DNA of 64,000 nucleotides from an uncultured Chloroflexia bacterium (lineage in GTDB: Bacteria; Chloroflexota; Limnocylindria; Limnocylindrales; CSP1-4). Positions 56,546 through 64,000 of this stretch are shown here, one piece after another. The stretch is from assembly GCA_963712745.1 (NCBI GenBank), contig CAVQJC010000001.1:288001-352000 (forward strand), in the 5' to 3' direction. The notes under the pieces were generated by a model, which worked only from the letters and a program-made list of their open reading frames with translations, was not told where the DNA came from and did no database searches. Position 1 is the stretch's first letter, and each line of letters starts with the position of its first letter. Made by a program: the position numbers and the translations under genes.

Positions 56546-57002
56546 TCACGCTCGTGAGCCCAGCATCGCGATGTCCGGACGCAGTTCCGCAGCATCGTCA
56601 CGCAGGATGCCGGAGACGACGTCAAGGCGGCGAGGCAGCCCAGCGCGCCTCGGCCAGGTTGACCGCCGACGAACAGGCGCCCTCGGTCGGATCGGGCAGT
56701 GCGTAGACGACACCATCCGCATCGCACTGCTGCAGGGCGCCCGACGCACATGGCGCACGGCTCGACGACACAGAAGACGGTGGTGCCCGCGAGCGACCAG
56801 CGACCCGACCCGCGTGGCCGCCTCGCGCAGCGCGATGATGACGGCGTGCGCGGTCGGGTCGCCAGCTACTGCGGACGGCTTCTCGGCCATGCGCGATGAG
56901 GGCCTCGTCGAGCACGGCGACGGCGCCATTCGCGCGCTCGCCTGCGGCGCCCGCCTGGGCGGCCTCCGCAAGTGCGGCGCGCATGTACAGCTCGTAGTTC
57001 AT
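56546..57002 (-). CDS. TadA-like nucleoside deaminase-fold protein lacking the catalytic Glu (indels present)
   Basis: YMRAALAEA..GAV, GDPTAHAV, VEPCAMC, YALPDPTEGA; sits at the tadA position upstream of tRNA-Ser/ffs/dnaX. Confidence 0.85.
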
Positions 57003-57168
57003 CGCGAGGCCTGGGCTTCCTCATCGGAGCGATACGGAGTCGCGCTTCGACGCCATCGTACCGTGCGGCGATTGGCGCTACCATCGCGCTGCAGCACGTA
57101 GCGTAGCGGCACGTTCGACTGAGGGTCAAGGCAGGCGCGCCTGCCGCAGAGAGGGTCTGGGTCAGGAC

Positions 57169-58381
57169 ATGGCACGAAACAGGACGCATCGGGATCCTCA
57201 CCGGCGGTGGCGACGTTCCCGGCCTCAACAGCGTCATCAAGAGCGTGACGTATCGAGCGACGGAGCTCGGCTACGAGGTCATCGGTGTCCGGCGAGGCTG
57301 GGAAGGCTTGACGCACCAGGAGCCGGGTGAACGCATGGACAGCCGCTACGTCGTGCCGCTCGATCGTGCCTCGACGCGGACCATCGATCGCACCGGCGGC
57401 ACCTGGCTGCATAGCTCGCGCACCAATCCACGCAAGATGCGTGCCGACAATCTGCCGCCGCACCTCGATGCCGCGCGGGCCGCGCAGATGCGCACGTCCG
57501 ATGACATCTACGACGTCACCCCGGTGGTGCTCGAGAACATCGAGGCCATGGGCCTCGACTACCTCATCCCCATCGGCGGTGATGACACGCTGAGCTTCTC
57601 CCAGACGCTGCACGAGAACGGCGTACCGCTCATCGCCATCCCCAAGACGATGGACAACGATGTCCAGGGCACCGAGTACTGCATCGGCTTCTCCACGGCC
57701 ATCACCCGCGCCAAGGACGCCATCAACAGGCAGCGCACCACCCTGGGCTCACACGAGCGCATCGGCGTCTTCCGCATCTTTGGTCGCGATGCAGGCTTCA
57801 CGGCGCTGTACACCGCATTCGTGACCTCGGCGCGCTGCCTCATCCCCGAGGCGACCTTCGACCTCGACCGGCTCGCAGGCATCCTCGCCGATGACCACGC
57901 CAACAACCCCAGCCACTACGCCTTCGTCATCGCCGCCGAAGGCGCGATGTGGGAGGGTGGCAGCATCCAGGAGGTCGGCGAGGCGGATGCCTTCGGACAC
58001 CGCCACAAGGCCAACATCTCCGAGGTCCTCGCTGCTGCCATCAAGCAGCGCACGGGTATCGACACGATCCACTCGGACCTGACCTATGACCTGCGATCGG
58101 GTGAGCCGGACGCGGTCGACCAGATGGTGGCGATCACCTTTGCCAATACGGCCATGGAGTTGGTGGCCGACGGCCAGCGCGGGCGCATGATGGCTATCCG
58201 CGGTGGCCGCTATGCCCACTCGCCCCTGCCTGACCCAGCCCTCGGTGCCGTCTCGGTTGACGTCGAGACGATGTACAACCAGGACCGCTTCAGGCCGATC
58301 TACGCGAACCTGCTTGGCAAGCCGGCGCTGCTGGGCCATCCGGTGGCGCCGCTGACCGAAGCGGAGTCGATATCGGCTTGA
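57169..58381 (+). CDS. PfkA-family phosphofructokinase, probably PPi-dependent (one extra base just after ATG 57169)
   Basis: RIGILTGGGDVPGLN lies upstream of the tracked ORF; GGTWLHSSR, IGGDDT, PKTMDND. Confidence 0.92.
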
Positions 58382-59286
58382 CTGACAGCGCCGTGGTGAG
58401 GTCGACCTATCTGCGGCGCGTGCTGGCCGTCTGGGGGCTTTTGATCGCAGTCCTGTTGGTGATCCTCATGACGGCGCTGGCCGATCCGTTCGAGCCGGAC
58501 AGCTTCGGTCCTGGTCATGATGCCCGGGCCTACTGGGCGGCTCCGCTCGACGACCCGTATGAACCCGGCTCAGTGGGCCATGAGAGCGCCTACCTATACT
58601 CGCCGGCGTTCCTCGTCGCCCTGAGCCCGTTGCGCTCCCTGCCGTGGCCGGTCTTCGTGGCCATCTGGACGAGCGGGCTGCTGGCGGCACTCTTCTGGCT
58701 GGCTCGACCCCTCCTCTTCCTGCCCCTGGTGCTGCTGGCCCTGCCAGAGATCTGGGGCGGCAACATCACCATCCTGCTAGCCGCCGCGATCGTGCTCGGC
58801 TTCAGCCGCTCCTTCGCCTGGGCCTTCCCGCTGTTGACCAAGGTCACGCCCGGTCTGGGCCTGCTCTGGTTCGGCTTCCGGCGGGAATGGCGGCAGCTCG
58901 GCATCGCCATCGGCGCGACGCTCGCGATCATCGCGGTCACGGCCATGTTCTTGCCCGGGCTGTGGCTCGACTGGATCGGCCTGCTCTCGAGTAGCACCGG
59001 CTCAAGCACCGTACCCGGCTCCGTGCCGATCCCCCTGCTGGTGCGCCTGCCCATCGCGGTGGTCGTCATCGGCTTCGCAGCCCTGAAGGGCCAGCGCTGG
59101 CTCCTGCCGGTCGGGGTGCTCCTGGCGATGCCGGTGATCTGGTGGGGCAGCCTGGCCATCCTGACTGCCTGCGTCGCACTCAAGCGCCACGAGATCGAGG
59201 ACCGCATCGAGACATTCCTGGCCATGATCGAAACGCGATACGCTCGCCACCTCAGTGCGGAGAGCGCCCCCACACCCACGAGCTGA
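58378..59286 (+). CDS. GT-C fold membrane glycosyltransferase (GT87/DUF2029-like)
   Basis: Polytopic; HDARAYW, YLYSPAF, GGNI, LTKVTPG motifs typical of GT87-like proteins. Confidence 0.7.
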   Translation: MTDSAVVRSTYLRRVLAVWGLLIAVLLVILMTALADPFEPDSFGPGHDARAYWAAPLDDPYEPGSVGHESAYLYSPAFLVALSPLRSLPWPVFVAIWTSGLLAALFWLARPLLFLPLVLLALPEIWGGNITILLAAAIVLGFSRSFAWAFPLLTKVTPGLGLLWFGFRREWRQLGIAIGATLAIIAVTAMFLPGLWLDWIGLLSSSTGSSTVPGSVPIPLLVRLPIAVVVIGFAALKGQRWLLPVGVLLAMPVIWWGSLAILTACVALKRHEIEDRIETFLAMIETRYARHLSAESAPTPTS

Positions 59287-59347
59287 AGCGACGGAGCCTG
59301 ACGGCCCCGCAACGACCCGCTCTTCCAGGTCCGTCCCGGAGATATCG

Positions 59348-60743
59348 ATGACCCTGCGTCAAGCCTCACGTACACGGCCCGCGATCGCGCTTGCCGTGGC
59401 GTTGTCCTTGCTCCCGCTGAGCCTACCCACCGTGGCTGCCGACAGCCCCGAGACCGCCGTCAGCGAGCTCGTGGCTACCGTTGCGAGCGGCGACTTCTCA
59501 AGTCTCGACCAGGTCGTCTGCGCCGAGCAGGTCGACTCGGTGATCGGCCAGTTCGATCCAGATCGTGGCGCTGGGGCTGCCAGCTGGCTCCGAGACGCTC
59601 GCCGCGGCGCTGACATTCAAGCTCGAGGACGTCGGCATCGACGTCACCGACCAGCAGGAGGACACAGCTGCGGCCCGCCTCAGCGGCACCCTCAGCATCA
59701 CCATCGATGAGGCTCAGGCAAGTGACCTGGTGCGCGCCATGGTGGAGGTCGACGGCGAACAGATCGACGACGAGGAACTCGACTTCATCGTGCCCCTCAT
59801 GCTCGAGGCGCTGAGCGAGCCGCAGGCCATCGACGACGAGCTGACGCTCGTCCGAACCGACGGCGAGTGGTTGGTGTGCGGAGGTTTCGGTGACGGCGAC
59901 GGAGGTGAGCCGACGTTCGAGGACAGCATCTCCTTCGACGGCATCTGCGGCCTCGTTTCGCTCGCCGAGGTGAACGCTATCGGGCCCGCGGAGCTGCGCT
60001 ATGACTCGAGCGACGGTGCGGAGGACTACTGCTCGTATTCCTCCTACTCGGCCGAGAGCTACTACTCGACGAGCTTGAGCCTGGGACGAGGTGAGAGTCT
60101 CGAGCTGTACGAATCGTTCTACCCCGAGGCGAGAAAGGTCACGGTCGCGGGCTTGCCGGCGTTGCAGGCTGAGACGAGCCTCATGATCGAACTCGCCGAG
60201 GGCGTGCTGATGGTGGATATCTACCCAGGCGATGAGGTCCCGGCCGATTTCGACGTGCTGGCCTATGGCGAACGACTCGCGGAGCTGTTCATCCCGCTCA
60301 TCCCCGGACTCGAGGCCAGCCAATCCGTTGGCTTCGACACTGAGGGCCCCTCGCTGTGCGATGCCATCAGCATCGAGCAACTCACAGAACTGAGCGGCCT
60401 GGCCTTCGACGACGCGTACGGCGACGGCAGCTACTGTGACTACTCGGACTCCACGGCGGACGTCGGCTTCTACGTCATCACGACCAGCCTAGAGCCCTAC
60501 GGCCTGGACGACTTCAGCTCGTTCTTCCCCGGTGGTCAGGACCTGACCGTTGCGGGCAAGCCGGCGTACGCCGAGTCAGACCAGCTCTGGGTGGAACTCG
60601 ATGATGGCCCGACCTCGTTCGGCGTGGGCGTCTATTTCGAGGACTCGCCCGGCGCCGATGGCCTCGACCAGATCGACCTCATGCGACGCATCGCTGAAAG
60701 GGCCATCCCGGCCGTGCTCGCCGCAACCGATCCCGAGGCCTGA
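59348..60743 (+). CDS. Secreted acidic protein with two internal Cys-containing repeats (1-nt frameshift at about 59560)
   Basis: Signal peptide MTLRQASR..LSLPTVAA/D joins ORF 59565-60743; repeats C.L.S..E....G...YC.YS...TVAG.PA resemble DUF3558-like domains. Confidence 0.65.
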
Positions 60744-60949
60744 TCCACTCATGCTGCACCACGATCCTGCCACACCCTGACGGCCGCCCACGCACCGAGG
60801 CCCGAGTCCAGCGGTCGCGATGCGCTCCGCGGCCCTAAACTACATCCCGTCCGGGAAGAGAGGTTCGGCTAGCGCGAACGCGGTAGCCATCGGGTTCGCC
60901 GGACACGACCGCCCGCTCGTGCCCGCGGGTAGACATCGGAGGAAAAAGA

Positions 60950-61942
60950 ATGCCCCGACGCCGTTCCCTATGGCTGCTGCCCGCAGCGGTCCTCGCTGCC
61001 ACAGCCTTCTCAGGAGCCGCTGCCGTCGCCCAGGACGATCCTCAAGAGCTGGTCATCGGCTTCGTGCCCTCGGTCGAAGCTGATGCGCTGGTCGAGAATA
61101 TCAAGCCGCTGTCCGACTACCTGACCGAAGCGCTCGGGATCCCCGTCAAGGGGTTCGTTTCGAGCGACTACGCCGCGATGGTCACCGCGATGGAGACCGG
61201 GCAGGCACAGATCGCGGCCTTGCCGCCCTTCGGCCTGGTCCAGGCTGTCGATCGCGCTGGCGCCGAGATGATCCTGCAGTCCGATCGCTTCGGCAGCACC
61301 TCGTACCACACGCAGTTCATGACCACGGACGCCGATAAGTACTGCCTCGACGAGCCGGTCGAGAACATGCGCGTGCGCGAGGATGTCGAAACCGCGTTCC
61401 TCAATTGCAACGGCACCGCCCGGGAGAACTCTGACTCTCCCGAGGGCCCCATCGGCCTCGACGCCCTTGCTCTCGTGGAGCCGGGCACGACCGTTTCCTT
61501 CGTGGAGCAGACCTCTGCGTCGGGCTACATCTTCCCGGCCACGGTCTTCGCGACGCTCGGACTCAACCCCGAGACCGACCTCGAGGCCCTCTTCGCGGGC
61601 GGCCATGATGCATCCGTCATCGCTGTGTGCATGGGTCAAGCCGAAGTGGGCGTGAGCTTCGACGATGCCCGACCCCAGGCTGTCACCGACTGTGACGTGC
61701 CCGGCACGGTCGTCACGTTCGCGTACGGACCCGAGATCCCGAACGATGGCGTGGCCGTCGCCGGCGACCTTTCCGAGGAACTGAAGACCAATATCAAGCA
61801 GGCGCTGCTCGACTTCGCCTCGACCGAAGACGGCGTGTCGGTGCTGGAGAGCATCTACAACATCACTGCCTTCGGCGAGCCCAACCAGGATTCGCTGCAG
61901 ATCATCCGTGATGCAGTCAACGAGCTCGGCTACGGCTCCTAG
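60950..61942 (+). CDS. phnD: Phosphate/phosphite/phosphonate ABC transporter substrate-binding protein
   Basis: IGFVPS, DYAAMVTAM, TSASGYIFP, GGHDAS, IPNDG; signal peptide. Confidence 0.88.
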   Translation: MPRRRSLWLLPAAVLAATAFSGAAAVAQDDPQELVIGFVPSVEADALVENIKPLSDYLTEALGIPVKGFVSSDYAAMVTAMETGQAQIAALPPFGLVQAVDRAGAEMILQSDRFGSTSYHTQFMTTDADKYCLDEPVENMRVREDVETAFLNCNGTARENSDSPEGPIGLDALALVEPGTTVSFVEQTSASGYIFPATVFATLGLNPETDLEALFAGGHDASVIAVCMGQAEVGVSFDDARPQAVTDCDVPGTVVTFAYGPEIPNDGVAVAGDLSEELKTNIKQALLDFASTEDGVSVLESIYNITAFGEPNQDSLQIIRDAVNELGYGS

Positions 61943-61954
61943 CCGTACCTGAAC

Positions 61955-61980
61955 GGGCGAGCCCGACTACGGGCTCGCCC
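61955..61980 (+). other. GC-rich intercistronic hairpin after phnD (mRNA stabiliser or attenuator)
   Basis: GGGCGAGCCCG-acta-CGGGCTCGCCC perfect 11-bp stem with no U-tract. Confidence 0.6.
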
Positions 61981-62007
61981 ACCAGATCTTCACGGCAGAC
62001 CACACCC

Positions 62008-62802
62008 ATGATCCTGTTCGAGCAGGCCACGGTCACCTACCCCGGTGGCGTACACGCACTCAAGGACCTCACGCTCGAGATCCCGGATGGCCAGATGATC
62101 GTGATCGTGGGCCTCTCGGGAGCCGGCAAGTCCACCCTGATCCGTGCCGTCAACGGGTTGGTGCCATTGACGGGCGGCGATATCACCATCGATGGCGTCA
62201 GCGTGCGCGGCGCGTCGACCAAGCAGTTGCGTGAACTGCGCTCCCACATCGGCATGATCTTCCAAACCTTCAACCTCGTGAACCGCACGTCCGTGCTCAA
62301 CAACGTGCTCATGGGCCGGCTACACGAGACCAGCACGTGGCGTTCGCTGCTGGGCTGGTACAAACCTGCCGACGTCGAGATCGCCATGCAGGCGCTCGAG
62401 CGCGTCGACATCATCGAGAAGGCCTACGTGCGCGCGGCCAACCTGTCAGGTGGTCAGCAGCAGCGTGTCGGCATCGCGCGAGCGCTGGCACAGGAGCCCA
62501 CGATCCTGCTGGCCGACGAGCCAGTCGCGAGCCTTGACCCGCCCACCAGCCACGTGGTCATGCGTGACCTGCAGCGCATCAATCGCGAGCTGGGCATCAC
62601 GACCATCGTGAACCTGCACTTCCTCGACCTGGCCAAGGTGTACGGCGAACGCATCATCGGCCTGCGCGATGGCGAGCTCGTCTATGACGGCACGGGCGAC
62701 GAGGCCGACGAGAACGTCTTCCGTGACATCTACGGACGCTCACTCACCGCGGATGACGTGATGGGCGCACCGACGCCGACCCCAGCCACGATCGGCGCGT
62801 GA
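62008..62802 (+). CDS. phnC: Phosphonate ABC transporter ATP-binding protein
   Basis: GLSGAGKST, FNLVNR..VL.NVLMGRL, LSGGQQQRVGIARAL, ADEPVASLDP. Confidence 0.93.
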   Translation: MILFEQATVTYPGGVHALKDLTLEIPDGQMIVIVGLSGAGKSTLIRAVNGLVPLTGGDITIDGVSVRGASTKQLRELRSHIGMIFQTFNLVNRTSVLNNVLMGRLHETSTWRSLLGWYKPADVEIAMQALERVDIIEKAYVRAANLSGGQQQRVGIARALAQEPTILLADEPVASLDPPTSHVVMRDLQRINRELGITTIVNLHFLDLAKVYGERIIGLRDGELVYDGTGDEADENVFRDIYGRSLTADDVMGAPTPTPATIGA

Positions 62803-63605
62803 CGGCCGCAAGCCAGGCGAGCCGACGACCTGCCAAACCGCGTCGCTCGCCGGCGATCTACGTTGCCATCGCGGTCTTCGTACTCATCACCCTCGTCTCG
62901 GTCAGCGAGGAGTGGGGCATCGGCCTCGACATCGGCTCGATCCTCGCCGACATCGGACGCGGCGAGGGCATCATCCGCGAACTGCTCAACCCCAACTGGG
63001 CCTTCCTGCCGCGTACCTTCGAGCCACTCCTCGAGACCTTTGCGATGGCGGTAGTGGCCGCCTTCATCGGCTGCACCGTGGCCCTGCCCATCGTCTTCTT
63101 CGCCTCTCGTGTGACCGTCCCCAACCGCATCACCCTGACGCTCACGCGCGGCGTCCTCAGCGTCATCCGGGCCATCCCGGACTTCCTCTACGCCCTGATC
63201 TTCGTGGCGGCTATCGGTATCGGCCCCCTCGCAGGTGTCGTGGCGTTGATCTTCTTCAACGTCGGCGTCGTCGCCAAACTGCTCTCGGAGACCGTCGACA
63301 GCGTGGACACCGGACCCATCGAGGCCATCGACGCGGGCGGTGCCAGCCGCACGCAGATGGTGCGCTGGTCGGTACTGCCCCAGGTGTTGCCGAACTACGT
63401 GGCCTTCTCGCTCTACGCCTTCGAGCTCAACGTGCGCGCCTCCACGGTCATCGGTGTCGTCGGCGCCGGCGGCATCGGCACGCTGCTCTTCACGCAGTAC
63501 CGCTTCTTCCAGTGGAGCAACGTCTCGGTCATCGTCATCGAACTGTTCTTCATCGTCTTCGTCATCGAGCTGATCTCGATCCGCCTCCGACGCCGGCTGG
63601 TATAG
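62799..63605 (+). CDS. phnE: Phosphonate ABC transporter permease
   Basis: IRAIPD, KLLSETVDSVD.GPIEA, FELNVRASTVIGVVGAGGIG. Confidence 0.93.
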   Translation: MTAASQASRRPAKPRRSPAIYVAIAVFVLITLVSVSEEWGIGLDIGSILADIGRGEGIIRELLNPNWAFLPRTFEPLLETFAMAVVAAFIGCTVALPIVFFASRVTVPNRITLTLTRGVLSVIRAIPDFLYALIFVAAIGIGPLAGVVALIFFNVGVVAKLLSETVDSVDTGPIEAIDAGGASRTQMVRWSVLPQVLPNYVAFSLYAFELNVRASTVIGVVGAGGIGTLLFTQYRFFQWSNVSVIVIELFFIVFVIELISIRLRRRLV

Positions 63606-63609
63606 CGGC

Positions 63610-64000
63610 ATGATCTCGACTGCCGGTCGCCCGCAGCGGCCCTCGACAGCCAAGCGCAATCTCTGGATCGTCGGCGCACTAGCCCTCTTCCTGGCCAGCC
63701 TGTTCAGCCTCGACATCGATGCTGCGGACATCCTGGCCCTGCCGCGGGGCGTCGCCACCGTGCTCTCCAAGATGTTCTTCGACGGCGGGCCGGATTGGGC
63801 ATTCCTCGACAACTCCGTGAACGCCATGATCGAGTCGCTCCAGATGGCCTGGGTGGGCACCATCATCGGGGCCACCCTGTCTATCCCGCTCGGCTTCCTG
63901 GGCGCCAAGAACGTATCTAGCGGCCTCGTCTCGAACGTCGTGCGCCAGATCCTCAACGGCATCCGCGCCTTCCCTGAGACTCATCCTTGCCATCGCCATC
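63610..64000 (+). CDS. phnE: Second PhnE permease (truncated by window edge)
   Basis: Manual translation MISTAGRPQRP...MIESLQMAWVGTIIGATLSIPLGFLGAKN...NGIRAFPE. Confidence 0.85.
   Translation, partial: MISTAGRPQRPSTAKRNLWIVGALALFLASLFSLDIDAADILALPRGVATVLSKMFFDGGPDWAFLDNSVNAMIESLQMAWVGTIIGATLSIPLGFLGAKNVSSGLVSNVVRQILNGIRAFPETHPCHRH

Overview
High-GC bacterial chromosome window, most likely Chloroflexota (inferred from rRNA and protein signatures, not from a database search). Positions 1-57 kb are almost all on the minus strand. In order of increasing coordinate they hold: the alpha/spc/S10 ribosomal protein cluster (partial rpsD to rpsJ), str genes with a first tuf, rpoC/rpoB, rplL/J/A/K, nusG, secE, tRNA-Trp, rpmG, a second tuf, tRNA-Thr/Tyr/Thr, rlmB, cysS, ispDF, a PIN/TRAM gene, radA, clpC, a very long rpsA, an Fpg/Nei gene (+ strand), a LysM membrane protein, one complete rrn operon (16S, Ile, Ala, 23S, 5S), then recR, ybaB, dnaX, a large SRP RNA, two tRNA-Ser and a tadA-like gene. 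The last 7 kb (+ strand) encode a PPi-type phosphofructokinase, a GT87-like glycosyltransferase, a secreted repeat protein and a PhnDCEE ABC transporter. I found no mobile element, CRISPR array or defence system. Scattered single-base indels (dense at about 53-57.2 kb, some next to GATC) look like long-read consensus errors. Most notable observations: (1) the TadA homologue at the canonical locus has its catalytic Glu replaced by Val, as in eukaryotic Tad3/ADAT3; (2) an ~89-nt insertion in 23S domain III at the actinobacterial H54a position, with a GGAGG hairpin loop complementary to the 16S anti-SD; (3) many acidic or low-complexity extensions on ribosomal proteins and RNAP beta' (with repeated NPFL motifs); (4) a G37 tRNA-Tyr; (5) an S12 DLPG->DLPS variant.
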